Below are positions 25,282-39,084 of a DNA stretch of 64,000 bases, piece after piece. Below the pieces are notes generated by a model. That model did no database searches. It was given only the letters and a program-made list of their open reading frames with translations, and was not told the origin of the DNA. Source of the stretch: Trichoplax adhaerens (taxonomy: Eukaryota > Animalia > Placozoa). Within the stretch, counting starts at the first letter, position 1; each line of letters starts with the position of its first letter. A program made the position numbers and the translations under genes. The stretch covers positions 1,085,746 through 1,149,745 of the forward strand of contig NW_002060959.1 of the NCBI RefSeq assembly GCF_000150275.1, read 5' to 3'.

Positions 25282-26925
25282 ATGAGAATGGAATCCAAAT
25301 GGAGATGGAAAATTCTACTCGTGGTTAGCGTAGTGGCATTCTATTGCAGTTATGCTGTTGAAGGCTATGTTGCTGTATGGCCTATGCCGCAAACGATGTC
25401 GACAACAAGCTCTTATTTACGAATTCGTCCTCAACAGTTTCAATTTGAGAGCGATAGTCAATCCAGTCTACTCCGTCGAGCTTTCCAAAGGTACATGAAA
25501 ATTGCTTTCTTACAACCGTTGCCTCCAAATGAGCCTGCTGCTGCTGTAGACCCTAGTGCACCAAAGCCTCATGTCATCGGTAATTTAACATCATTATTCT
25601 TTCAAATCGATAATCCCAATACGGATCTGCGCTTAGGAATGGACGAAAGTTATTCACTCTCGATACGTGCCACTCCTCAACCGGTTGCATTTGTACATAC
25701 CAAAGAGATATGGGGTGCTTTACGCGCTCTCGAAACTTTCAGCCAACTGATTGATGCTCGAGCGGATGGCTTTTTCATTAGTGAAGCCAAAATCATCGAT
25801 TTCCCTCGCTTTAGTCATCGTGGGATATTGGTTGATACTGCAAGACATTACTTAACCATGGATACTTTATTACAACATTTAGATGCAATGGCTTACAACA
25901 AATTTAACGTTCTCCATTGGCATATTGTCGATGATCAGTCCTTTCCCTTTGTTTCCTTAACTTTTCCCAACATGAGTTTGTTCGGCGCTTATACACAGCG
26001 TCATATTTATACCCCGGAGGATGTCAGTAAAGTTATTGAGTACGCTCGCGATCGCGGCATCCGTGTTATACCCGAATTTGATACACCTGGCCATGCATCA
26101 TCTTGGAAAAGTATTCCCAATCTATTAACGCCTTGTTATGGCCCCAATAACATACCCAATGGAAATTTTGGACCCATTAATCCTATTGTTGATTCCAATT
26201 ACGAATTTCTAGCCGTTTTTTTCTCCGAGATTAAGAAAAGATTCCCTGATGCTTATGTCCATTTAGGTGGTGACGAAGTCAGTTTCAGTTGTTGGGCTAG
26301 CAATCCAGATATTCAAGATTTTATGGTTCAAAAGGGCTTTGGTAAAAATTTTGCTCTACTGGAACAATACTACGAAACTCGTTTATTACAACTAGTTGAA
26401 AAGGTTGGCTTGCGCTATATTATATGGCAAGATGTCATTGATAATAAAGTCAAGGTCAATCCAAATACTGTGGTACAAGTTTGGAGATCATCGCCTAGTT
26501 ATAAGAGTGAACTGAAACGTGTAACCTCGCTCAACTTGAAAACAATCTTGTCGTCTTGTTGGTATCTTGATTTAATTGGCTATGGTCGCGATTGGGAAGG
26601 CTATTATCGTTGCGATCCACAAAATTTCAAAGGTACCACGGCTGAGAAGAATTTAGTTTTTGGCGGTGAAGCTTGTCTATGGGGAGAGTACGTCGATTCC
26701 ACCAACTTTCTGGAAAGGATGTGGCCGCGTGCTAGCGCTATTGGCGAAAGATTATGGAGCTCTGCCAAAGTCAACAATGTCGATGCCGCTTTACCTCGTA
26801 TCGACTATCATCGCTGTCAACACCATATTCGTCGCGGTATACGTGCTCAACCTGTTAACGGCTACAGTTTTTGTCAAGCGGAATATAATACCGTGATGAG
26901 ATATATGAAGAAGGATGAGCTATGA
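25282..26925 (+). CDS. Beta-N-acetylhexosaminidase (GH20, HEXA/HEXB family), single coding exon, signal peptide, C-terminal KDEL
   Basis: 547 aa ORF with RGILVDTARHY, LHWHIVDDQSFP, EFDTPGH, HLGGDEV, WYLDLIGYGRDW and GGEACLWGEYVD. Confidence 0.97.
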   Translation: MRMESKWRWKILLVVSVVAFYCSYAVEGYVAVWPMPQTMSTTSSYLRIRPQQFQFESDSQSSLLRRAFQRYMKIAFLQPLPPNEPAAAVDPSAPKPHVIGNLTSLFFQIDNPNTDLRLGMDESYSLSIRATPQPVAFVHTKEIWGALRALETFSQLIDARADGFFISEAKIIDFPRFSHRGILVDTARHYLTMDTLLQHLDAMAYNKFNVLHWHIVDDQSFPFVSLTFPNMSLFGAYTQRHIYTPEDVSKVIEYARDRGIRVIPEFDTPGHASSWKSIPNLLTPCYGPNNIPNGNFGPINPIVDSNYEFLAVFFSEIKKRFPDAYVHLGGDEVSFSCWASNPDIQDFMVQKGFGKNFALLEQYYETRLLQLVEKVGLRYIIWQDVIDNKVKVNPNTVVQVWRSSPSYKSELKRVTSLNLKTILSSCWYLDLIGYGRDWEGYYRCDPQNFKGTTAEKNLVFGGEACLWGEYVDSTNFLERMWPRASAIGERLWSSAKVNNVDAALPRIDYHRCQHHIRRGIRAQPVNGYSFCQAEYNTVMRYMKKDEL

Positions 26926-28649
26926 TTTCATCTACAACAACCAAGACACGACCCTTGCCAAGTAGAAATGGCTTAAAACGAAATAGCCTATCCATCAAAG
27001 TGTAATTCGAAATGATGATACGGTATAGTCAAGCGAGACGCTTTCCTGCTACCATGGCTAAATTCAGTAGGAAAATTGCCTTTATGATTATCATTTCTAG
27101 CAGAATAGAAACTCGATTCGTATGACTCTATTGGATGGTAGTGTCCACAACAGTGAATCAATTTAGCTTTTGTATAGTCCAAAATTTGACTTCATATTCT
27201 AATTTTTATATACTGTATACATATAAACATCAATAGATTGATATCTCTATTTGTCTATTACCTGGATAATTTTCAATGCTGCACTGCTAATAGATCGATT
27301 TGAATCTACTGCATAAGGTGACACAGAAAATGGACAGTTGATTTTGAATGTATGAAATAAAGCAATCAAATGAGCAACCTAGTTGCTGCTGGTACTTGAT
27401 ACTCGTGTATGCCTGTTGGAAGAAATGATGCCGTTGTTTACAAGTTGCAATCATTGAATGGCATGACTAGGATACTCGATCATCCTGAATTATATAGTCA
27501 TTGCAATACAGAATTGAGGCTGCTTTCTGGCATTTCAATGGTAGCATGTCGGCAAAGTGATTGTCCATTTAGGTGATATTGAGTTTTAATTGATAGTCAT
27601 GCGCTTGGAGAACATGTTGCTTTTCTATATACGTACTGCATATACTCTAAACTACTGCTACTGCATGGAAGGATTGTAAAATGACTTCACCAATGGAGTA
27701 TAAAAACACACACTGTAGTAGAGTAGAATACTAGATTGTGAAGATCGATACCTTTGAACTTGATATACAGTACTATTGATGAGCATGTCATGAATATTCT
27801 GACTCGTACAGTAAGTTGCAGTTCCTTCATGCTATTACAGTGCTATACTTGTAAAATACATAGCAACTGTCGTTTGTCGAATTGGCTACAACAGTGGCGA
27901 TGACTTTAATCGATATACTCTACTGTAGAAAAGAGGCTGATTTTGAATGGTGTTGATTTCGTACTATTCAGTTGATGAGATGGTAAAATGTTGAAAAAGA
28001 ATCCCAGAGATAAACAAGATAGACTCAGGACTCTCCATACTCGTACATAGAATACTGCAATTGGTGCTAGGAGTGCTGCTAGGTTGGAAAGATGAAAAGT
28101 ACATGGCCCACTAAGTAGAATGCAATCCGTTGTGTTCTATTGATTAGAATGGATTTGATCCGAGTATAATACATTACTGCACTCCATGGGCTTACTTTTC
28201 CTGTTGTCAATCTTCCAACACACTGCAGCAGAGAAAGGGATTTTGACAAAATGGACAGTCCAACCCCATTTTAGCTTACAGTACAGTAGTATCCTTACAG
28301 TATAGTCTAGCTACGGCTACTGATGGGCTCCTCAATGGCATTTTAGGAGTGGATAATTGACTGCAGTTTGTAAATGGATTTATTTGCAGCTTTTGGAAAC
28401 AGCGCTGAGGGCAGTGCATTTCCCTCAAACCAAGCCTTGAAGTAATGGACAGACGGATGATAGGCGACGGACGTGTGGCTGACACTGACGTCAAGCGGAA
28501 AGTCGGCGATCCGTTCCGCGACCTGCTGTGGTTGACTGTTGAACAGTGTCGAGTGTACTTTCGAATGATTTTTCTTTTCCATATTGAATCTATTGACTTT
28601 ATGTACTGAATGGTGCTATAGGTCACTTCATGACTGGAAAGAGCGTTTT

Positions 28650-29770
28650 CTTTTACTGCGCATGTTACAGTCGTGTGCAGTAATCTACAGTACTAATTTA
28701 CACTTTTACAGTACAAAAGGTTTTCTTTCACAGTACACGGTACTGTACTGTGGTCGTTGCTTGAGAGTTGAGACAACGGAAAACTCGATGATACAAAGCC
28801 CTCGGGCAAGGCACTCCCAAACTGTACTCTTAAGGGTCTCTATTATACACGTACAGTACTGTATATTCAATATAGAAAGCGCTCCAGCCATCAGCTCATT
28901 TACTGCGCATGTTCCATTAGTCTCATCTGAATCATACTGTACTGTACTATGCTGTAGACTACAGTACATGTAGTACAGTACTAACGGTTTTCTTTCACAG
29001 AACTGCACTGTGGACTGTAGTTGGAGTTTTACGGTTCGGTCCGGTACCGTCGACAGTATCAGTCAGTACAGACTGTACTGTACAGTACACCCTTTACAAA
29101 CCCAATTGTCAGTACAGTACTACAGTACTGTAGTGCACGACCATTTACTGCTCATTTACTGCGCATGTTCCATTCGTCTCATCTGAGTCATACTGTGCTG
29201 TAGACTACTGTACAGTGTACAGTACTGTAGTACGGTACTAAAGGTTTTCTTTCACAGTACCGCACTGTAGACTGCAGTTGGAGTTTTACGGTCCGTTCCG
29301 GTCCAGGCTACAGTATGCGTAAATACAGTACGACAGTACGATCAACCGGTCGCACTGTACACTGTACACTGTACTGTCGTCGTGGGTTGTCGATGACACA
29401 AAGCCCTCGACAGCCGGTCAATAGACTCAATATACAAAGCGACGACGGTCGGACTCGCTCCAGCCATCAGCTCATTTACTGCGCATGTTCCACTCGTGTC
29501 ATCGGAGTCATCTGAGTCATACTGTACTGTGCTGTCGACTACAGTGTACAGTATACAGTACTAAACATTTTCTTTCACAGTACTGCACTGTAGACTGCCG
29601 TTGGAGTTTTCCGGTCCAAGCTACAGTATGCCTGAGTACAGTACGACCAACCGGCCGTACTGTACACTGTACACTGTACTGTCGTCGTCTTGTCGATGAC
29701 ACAAAGCCCCTGGACAGCCAGTCAACAGACTCAATATAGAAAGCGACGACAAATATCAGCCATCAGCAAT
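28650..29770. repeat. Four-unit tandem repeat (~250-320 bp units) directly upstream of PSMD4
   Basis: The anchor tttactgcgcatgtt occurs at ~28652, 28899, 29155 and 29475. Units share ttttctttcacag, gatgacacaaagccc and caatatagaaagcg...cagccatcagc blocks. Confidence 0.9.
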
Positions 29771-29806
29771 TTTTTTCCTCGATTAATCCCTTCCAATCGA
29801 TTCAAA

Positions 29807-32800
29807 ATGGTGTTAGAATCGACTATGATTTGGTAAGTCTAGCGGATAACCAGCGTCTGTTGATAGTGTTGTGATAGTTGACGATGGAATGCGATGGTCA
29901 TGCAGTGGTACACGATCATGACCAGTGAGAAAAATAGACTAATGCTTTTCATTTCTTTTTGCCATACAGCGTTGATGATAGCGAGTGGATGCGAAATGGC
30001 GATTTTTTACCCACTCGAATTCAGGCCCAACAAGATGCTGTCAATCTTCTTTGTCAAGCTAAAACACGCCAAAATGCAGAAAATAATGTGGGCTTACTCA
30101 CGTTAGCCAGGTATGTCAATTGTCAGGCAAAGGATAGCTTTGCAACGCCTGCATCCATTCCATACAGTCTGTACTGGACTGGACAGTTTGTAGCACAAGT
30201 CAAACTGACCACTTGTCGTCGACATGATCCATGGCAGACATTGCATCATTCAACATTAAGTCTTACTATTGAGTACAATCTACTACAACCGTACAGACTG
30301 GATTTCTATCTGTGAATTGATTTTGCTTACAACTGATTGAATGATGATCAAGGACATCAAAGTAGAGAGTGAAGAAAGTCACTTTACCATCACGCTCAAC
30401 GGTTGAATTTCAATGATAAAAGCAATAGAAAATATCCAATTTTCCACTTCATCTTCAGCTATTCCATATCACAATTGAGCGACAATCAAAATGGATTCAT
30501 CAAAGTTATTTCATTAGAAGCTGCGTCATCTTTACCAATGGCAATAATACTCAACTTGGATGGACACTTTGACTTGTTGGTCATATCAAAGAGTCTGAAA
30601 ATAGATACAATAGTAACAGCTTGAACCCAGGACCAGTCTACTGGCCATTCCATCCACTCGATGGGCTGGGAATAACTTTTCTATTCCTTCTGCTACGTCA
30701 TGATCCATTTATATGGAAGTAAAAGTACAAGTGATGCAAAATCAGATAGTAAACTAATTAAGATACTGTACTGTAAGAAATGCGGCCTAAGTTGTTTTAG
30801 TCTTCCTACGAGGCCTCAACCCAGTCGTATGGAAGCACAAGTGACGCAAACGCATTTAGTAAACTACCTACATTACATACTGTACTGTGCTGTAAGAAAT
30901 TCGCCTGAAGTTTTCCTTTCCTTCTGCTACGCCATAATCCATTTTTATGGAAATAGAAGTACAAGTGACACAAAATCAGATAGTATACTCAATAGCAACT
31001 GTGCTGGAAGAATTGGACTAAGGCTATCATTGGTTGTATTAGGATGGAGTTTAGATCAGTTAGATGGACGCATCTTGCCTTATTTCTACTATAAAGGAGT
31101 TCAAAAATTGCTCATGGGTATAGGCTGAACTAAACTAGTTTACTTGCTATAATCACTAGAGTAATGATGATTCTGCTAGTTGGATGGGTTCCATACCAGT
31201 GTTCCATTACTGTTACTACTCCATGGCCCAATCGTATGGAAATAATAGAATTGTAGACTGGGCATGATAAGGCAGAGAAATACAATCTTACACCCATTGA
31301 CTTCCATAATTAGATGGATAGTTTAGCATAAACGGAGGATAACACCTGGATTGATCCAAGCTCAATTTTGAGATCAATACTGTCACTCATCTCAATAGGT
31401 GTATCACTGTATTAGCAGTATCATATCGTAGACTACTAAAAATAAATGCACCATGATTTATAGCAGGATGATTGTATCTGCAGGTTTAAAAAGATTTGAA
31501 AGGGTTAATAAAACTACATTCGCCTCAATTTTACTGGATAATAATCGATAAAAATGCAATCTCTAGAACTCTGATACGTAGGCCATTCGATAAAGGCAGA
31601 ATGATTGTAATCTTTTCAATAATTCATCTCTTATGTTGATACATCTTTAATCTGCTTGACATTTACAGCTTAAGAGTATTAACAACGTTGACCACTGATG
31701 TTGGCAAAATTCTCAAGAACCTTCATGCTGTCTCACCAAAAGGAAAAATTGATATGGCCATTGGTGCAAGTACTGCTATTGTAAGTCAATTTTTTTCTAC
31801 ATATCTACATTACAATAGCGTTGTGATGAGATTCTCAAGTTAAACGTGAAACACACACTTAAGAGATAGTAGAACTGTAGTATAAGTAGCATTATCTTCA
31901 AGATTGTTGTATGTAATTTTGGCATTATCAAAAGCAATTACTCTATCTACGGTAATCCATAGCACGGTACTGATATGGTAGTATTGCTCGCTCCATGTAA
32001 TATTCATAATTTCCATACTTTTTTAACATATTATTAATAATTTCTTAATAGTTGGCCTTAAAGCATCGAATGAGCAAAAATCATAAAATGAGACTCATAA
32101 TATTTATTGGTAGCCCTATTGAAACAGAAGAAAAAGATGTAATTTCAATCAATTTATCATAAAATTATTGGCTTTCCATTTAATTTTATTTTATACGATA
32201 AAAGTATACATTTTAAATGAAATTCGTTCACATCTTTAGTTAACGAAACTTGCCAAGAAATTAAAAAAGAATAAAGTCAGCGTCGATGTCGTTAACTTTG
32301 GAGAAGACGTATGATAATTATCAGCTACTATCTTGATTGAACATGATTAACTACAGTTATTTTTGAACCTGTAACCATTGTTTTTTAGACTTCTAATACA
32401 GAAAAACTAACAGCTTTTATCAATACTGTAAATGATAAACAAGGTTCAAGGTAAAAAATGAAGAAAGTTTATCTATATCGCACAGTGTTGATCATTTTCG
32501 TAGAAGTAGAATTGTTTATCAGTCAACAAACTCAACTTGCTATCCTTAAACCATCATAGTTTATATAGACAGTATTGCTTTCAATTGAAAAGTCTATTCG
32601 TTGTTTAATCCAATTATTAAATAATCATGCGCTAATCTAGACTAAATAGCTGCTACATGATTTTTTGATATATAGTCATTTAGTTACTGTACCACCTGGA
32701 CCACTACTTTCGGATGCGTTAATGTCCTCTCCTATTATGGCGAATGAAGACGGCTCAATGCCAAATACCGTTAGCGGTTTCGGCGGCAATGTTGATTTTG

Positions 32801-33708
32801 TAGATGCTGATGTTGATCCAGAATTAGCTATGGTACAAATGAGATAGATAGTTTGTATCATCCAATAGCTGAACACCGTAAATGCCATTGATAATTTTTA
32901 TAAATTATTGTTTCATCAGGCTCTTCGCGTTTCTCTTGAAGAATCGCGGCAAAGACAAGAAGAAGAAAGTAAGAAAGCAAATTCTGTTGCGGCTCAGGAT
33001 GGCAGTGCATTTACACCCAATCCAAGTCAGTTACAGTGTAAATTATATTCGTTGCTGTTAATGTACATTGTTTCATAGTTACCAGACTAATTAGTTTACT
33101 ATTGGTTTATAGGTTCTATTGAAGAATCATTACTTGAACAAGCATTGGCCATTTCTCTAGATTCTAGAATGGAGACAACTACTCCAAATACGGATAGGCC
33201 AGATACAACGCCGAGGGTAAGATAGTCAAAAATTGATCCGTTACTGTCATTATCCAATTCTATAGGTTAGAATCAGCTAAAAAGGATGTCCAGTGTTATG
33301 AAGAGCAACTGATATTAATCGATGATTTTATTCACTATGGAATTATTGCATTCAGGAGGTCTCAAGTTTAACTGAAGAGGAACAAATGGAACTTGCTATG
33401 CAGATGTCATTACAAGGTAGGCCTATAACTGTAATAGATATGTAATGATTGCTTGTTGAATTTTATATTGATTTTGGATAGACTTTAAAGATATACGAGA
33501 AGGCAATGATGGAAATAAAGAAATGGACGAGGAAATGGATGCTACGGATTTAATTTCCGATCCATCAGTGTTACAAACGGTATTGGGTAGTTTAGAAGGA
33601 ATCGATCCGAATAGCGATATGGTAAGAAATTTAATGGGATCTCTACAAGAAGAGGAAGAGGCTATGGATGTAGATGATGGTAAAAAGGAGAATAAAGATG
33701 CAAAATGA
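29807..33708 (+). CDS. PSMD4: 26S proteasome non-ATPase regulatory subunit 4 (Rpn10/S5a): vWA domain plus UIMs, ~11 exons
   Basis: MVLESTMIC (29807-29832) splices to [25 protein letters not shown] (29970-30110), then [15 protein letters not shown] (31669-31780), [93 protein letters not shown] and [19 protein letters not shown]. Stop at 33708. Confidence 0.96.
30684..31030. repeat. Degenerate ~118 bp x 3 repeat in the long PSMD4 intron 2
   Basis: ttccttctgctacg...atccattt.tatggaa...aagtacaagtga..caaaatcagatagta occurs at ~30684 and ~30918, with a more degenerate unit between them. Confidence 0.75.
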
Positions 33709-34933
33709 AGTACCGTCAGCGTACAACGATTAGGGTGCATTTACTGTATATCTCTACCTGTAGTTGCGCTGTCATTGCTTACCTAAGATTGTTAATACAG
33801 TGTTTGAAGTGACCGAAATTATTGCCATTGGTTGCGCGAGTGTAGTCAATTCAACTTTTTATACCAACATTAAGATTACCGAGTAACCATCGTTATAGGT
33901 TGTATACAAAATATTTAATGACTGTGCTATTCATTGTCATTACATATCTTTATATTGATTTAAGTTCGATATAACGTTATTGGAAGAAATCGTTGATATT
34001 CACGTCTGTATTTGATATGGTATTACTGCCATACATAATAAAATCCTAGAATATTGCACTTTCAAGGGTTTCAGACCTTACTAATCGAATTACTAACAAC
34101 TAACATTTCTGCTCGGATGGATTAACATTTAGACATCAATTCTATCGCTAGTGTATCGTCTCAAACGTTTCACCTACATACAGAGCATAATATCTGCAAT
34201 AAATGCATTGCCTTAAAATTTCAGGATGAATTACGAATCATTGTCGTTAGTCAAGGCTGAAATAGTTACGTAAAAATAGAATACATACACTACGTGACAA
34301 TTAGATTCTCAACGGCATGAAAAACGATTGATGCTTTCTGTTTGTGTACATCATTCCGAATTTTAGATGTATGTGTGAAATGCTACGACTAATAAAACGA
34401 TTTATGTACCAATAGTTATAGACAAACAGTTACGATAATAGTGAAGTCAATTGTATTTTCTACCAATAGCCAGTAGGCGATTTTAAATGATACTGTTCTA
34501 TATACAAATACAGGTAAATATAACTTTGAAAACATTTTAGTATAGCACCACATTCAATTCAAGTCCTGAAATACATGCACCAATTTCGAAAAAATAAGTG
34601 CCATGTCATTGATAAAGATCGTACGGGGTAAAGCCTTTGTACAAAGATAGTGAGTTTTAAAATGGGAGATATTACATGAAAGATTAATTTATGATATAGC
34701 TATCAATTTTAATTAAAAATGTCTTGTTATGGTAAATTCCATACTGCATGACTACCTTAAATAACAGGTACTGGTAAATATTAGAAAGATACCAGCAATT
34801 ATTACATACAAATATAGCACATGTACAATCAGGAACAATGATAAATCAGTAGCAGGTCATTTGCGTCCATATATGAGCGCTTCATACTTTTAACAAATTT
34901 TCGTGATGCTTATGATGATATGGTATGCCACCA

Positions 34934-37900
34934 TTAGTTGGACTTGTTAATATCTTGGTCATCGTCGATACACTGGTGGCAAAGCAAAACCATCTCTCCA
35001 CAGCTATTCTTAGACTGAATTCTACCGTTAGCGTGCGTTTTACAAAATGAATTCGGACAACGGCTACATAACTGATTAGCAGCTTTACCACAAATATCAC
35101 AATGATGCCACGGGCAATCCCATTTTCCTCGAGGGATACCATCAATTGTTAGACATTCCAAGTGATAGCATTTATAGCAACTTTTACGACTGCACATTAT
35201 TAGCTGTCCGCCATCACCACACACATAGCATTCATCTTCGTGTTTGATTGCTCTTTTTCGCTTTTTTCGTTTTTTGCGCTTACCTTGACCATTATTATTC
35301 TTGTTACTTTTATTATTGCCGCCATCCTTCCCTTTAGTAGTGGTCGTACTTTTAATTTTAGCTCCTAGATACTTTCTGCAGAGTTTCGAGCCGCAATGGC
35401 ATTCCGCTTGATCGTTTCCAACAGCATGTAGTCGGTAATCAAAAGTCAATTCTTCTCCTTGTTTGATATCGTCAATTGCAAACAAACCTATACAGGTGAG
35501 ACCATTTACAGTCCATTTGTGGGTTTCACAGTTTGGCTGGCAACTATGGTTCATGAAACGAGCCAAGTTGCCTTTCTGACCTGCATCGATAATGACATCT
35601 TTGTCAATATTTAACATATAAAAATTCTTTTCCCCTTTCGATTGTGCCATTTTTATCCTTTGATAGCAAGTTTTCTCATTGAGTAATTCTCCTACGTACT
35701 CTACCACCAAAGTACCCGCATAAATATCTTCGGCTGATTTTAAGCCCCAACCACACTGGTTTGATTTAAATATTTCACTTTTTGCGTACTCTAACTTTTG
35801 AAAACGCTGGTTTTGGCATTTATCACCAGCCGGACACATACTTGAGTTGCATTCACACATTAACATACGATTTATACAATTAGAACTACTACCACAAGGA
35901 GCTTCGTCAGTCGGTTTACAACTACAAGGTGTGTACTCGGTTAAATTTGGCCTTATTAAAGCATCCACCAATTTATTCATCTATGTGATGAAAGAGAGCA
36001 ATTACTATTCGATTTGCTTATTAAATTTTACAACGCACATTACAACATAAATAGAAATAGAGAATGTAAAGATACCACGGTGAATTTGATAATGGTGATA
36101 TACTGAAGCAGTTGTTACCTTGATATGCTTGTAACTCGGAGGCTTTTGAGATCTCCTTTCTTGACTTTTTGCTTCCTTTTTTTCTCTGCTTATTTTCCGT
36201 TGCGTAAATTTTTCTTCTGCTTCTTTCAATGCTGTGACGTAGATATATATATATATATATATATATGAGGTGATGTTTAACATTCACATAACTTGCAGTA
36301 AAGACCGTAGATTGAGTAAAACGCTTCGATAGACTCACCTTTACCAAATGATTTGACAATTCCTTTACGACCTAATTTGCTTGCTCTACCATCAATATCT
36401 TCCTCTTCGTAACCAAAAATACGCGATATTGATGTCCAGCTATAATCATGTGATCCCAAAAATTGCACCGAAAATTCTCCCGGACCATGCTTTAGTGCTA
36501 AGATATTATCCGGCACATACTTACGATTACAGACTTCAGCTGGCCACCAACTAGCATCAATTTTGAGGTAAAGCATCATTAAAATTTCTTTATTGACATA
36601 TTTTATTATTACCATTTATCAACCGAGAAATACTGGTCACACTACTTATAACAGCACTTAAATAACGTAAATCTCACCGGTAGGCTCCAATTTTAACCCA
36701 AACAATATCTCCAATGACAGGAAATTTGCCATCAATACATCCTCTACAGAACCATTTATCTTCGTTAGGCTTTGGACGACATTTCTCATCCAAGCAATTT
36801 TCATGATAAGATGCAGGACATAACTCGCAACAAATTAAATTTCCTCCTTGAGAGCAGGCAAAGCACCAACCGACATTAACATGTTTGACTTTTGCATCTA
36901 AATGCTATAAAGGTAATTGAGTGATAGAAAATATTATAAGAATTTCATTACACATAAACATTTGATCAATAGGTAAATTTTTCTACTATAAAGAAAATGG
37001 AGCTTTCTTTTCACTGTACCTTGTTGCAAATAATTGCGGATGAATTTAATACCTTACACCCTGCCGGCAAGCAAGCTTCACTGGCATGATATGAGACTGG
37101 GCAATAAATACATCGTGCTAATTTCTTCTGGATAACAACATCAAAATTTTCGTCATTTTTCGATATTGCGAATGCAGTACATGTAGTACAGACATGCCGT
37201 GGACACCTAATGCATCCTTCTTCACTAACTTGACCACATGTAAACTGCGATATACATGTGTCATGATAACATTTTCCGCACCCGGCTACTTTGCATGGCA
37301 GTACAGGCGGCTCGCTACTTCCACACACGAAACATTTCCTAGTACCACTTGTACATTCCTGACACTTGAATCCTTTAACTGGCCATTCAGTTATACCGAG
37401 ACATTCCAGATGAAACTTTGAAAAACAACCACCCTGACATGTAACTAATTTCTCGCCAATTCCTTCGCACAACATACAAACGCCTTTACTTCCAGGTGAT
37501 TCACGAGCTCGACTTCTAGGCTTAGAGAGCTTGCGTTTTTCAACTTTATTAGATGTTGCCTTATTTCCTCTTCCTTTCACTTTTTTTGGAGATATCATCC
37601 GGGTTCGTTGATTCTTTAAGATTCGTTTGTCATTTACTAGCGACACCATAATGTCTTCTGGAAGGGTCACTTTATTATCACTAATTGTTTTATTCATCAG
37701 TTTTTTAGTCATAGGTTTAACAACGATTTTACATTTTCTGGAATTTCTGACAATGTCTATATCAGTAGTGGTCTTTTTTTGGTTTTCCTGATTACGCTTT
37801 TTCTTGTTAGGGGTAAGGCCTTCAACTACGTGGCCTTGTAATTTACTCGATAACTTTCTTTTTCGTGGTGATCTTTTAAGGTGACACTCAGACTCTTCTG

Positions 37901-38813
37901 GATACGGAGAATTATGCACAAGCTCTTGATGTATCTGCTCTTCATTATCATTATTACTACTGCTATCTTGAAATGTGTTGTTTATTACAGTACTGTCTTT
38001 TTTATTGTAGCATTTATGATTTTTAATATCGATAGGATCATCGATTTTTGTTCTCTTGGTCCCTCTAAGACCATTGACGGAATTTATCCTTTTGGCTCTC
38101 GTTGACGTATTTGAAGTATGATTGGTGTCCTTTGACAGTATATCTTTTGTTGGACTCAGATTAGTCGTTGCTTTGATAATTTGTACCAATCTTTCCTTCC
38201 TCGGTAACTGTAATGCTACTTTTGCTTCATCAATTGCTAGAGTTATTAATTCCTCTCCACAGTTTGATAGGGAATTACTATGGTTAACCGGAAATTGAGG
38301 GAGCTGATTGTCACTTGTAAACGAGATTAATAGCTTTTCAGGTATCCAACTATAACTAACTTTACTACCGAAGTAGCGAACATGATAAAAAATAATCTTA
38401 TGGCGGCCACGAATTGAAGTGAATAAGCCAGTTTTCGGTTCATAAACTATCATTGCTGGCCACCAAGGATGGCCGCTAATTTTACTCCATACAATGTCAC
38501 CAACAATCCTATTTTTAAGCTGCATTGCTTGACATTCGTGATTTTGAGCATCGGATATTGATTGTTTAATAAGGCTTAACTCTAATTGGTTATTTATGGT
38601 ATTAGGTAATTCTAATATTTTAACATTATGATCATTTTTTATACTAGCATCCATTACGGCAACTTTTGCATCAACAGTAGCTTCCCCATTATTTTGAACA
38701 TTTATAGCATCAGGCATCTTTGGCATTTCAGTTTCTCTTAAAGCTGATTGGCAAATATCAGGATTGTCCTTATGAATAATTTCTTGCTTGGTTTCTAGTA
38801 CGACGGATGGCAT
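34934..38813 (-). CDS. NSD-family histone H3K36 methyltransferase (PWWP, PHD fingers, PWWP, AWS, SET, post-SET, PHD, C5HCH)
   Basis: Exons 38813-37020, 36904-36678, 36550-36339, ~36231-36119, 35980-34934. Motifs: GDIVWSKISGHPWWPAMI; PHD fingers; IVWVKIGAYRWWPAEV; GWGL..VVEYVGE; GNLARFMNHSCQPNCE; ELTFDY; CHCGSKLCRKYLG; CPWHHCDIC. Most likely the single pro-orthologue of NSD1/2/3. Confidence 0.95.
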
Positions 38814-39084
38814 TTTTATTGGTTATTTCTACAGATTAACAAAGATGTCGGCATTTAGCCCCTCAAAGCATACAGAAACTACACACGCAGTATGATAGTT
38901 AATCAAACTAGTTCAAATTCTAATCCTATTCTACTGTATCTATATGTATTATTATGAGTGCCCCAAAATTTGGAACTAAAAGCACAAATTAGAATTGTTA
39001 TTTGAGCTAAATTTTTGAATATAATGTGTACTGTATTAATAACCATAGGTGCATGCTACACACAATAATTATATATATATATAT

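Noticed and set aside
28276-29739. Cluster of short ORFs on both strands rich in Y/C/T/V/S
   Set aside because: These are translation by-products of TACAGTA-rich tandem repeats, with no protein motifs.
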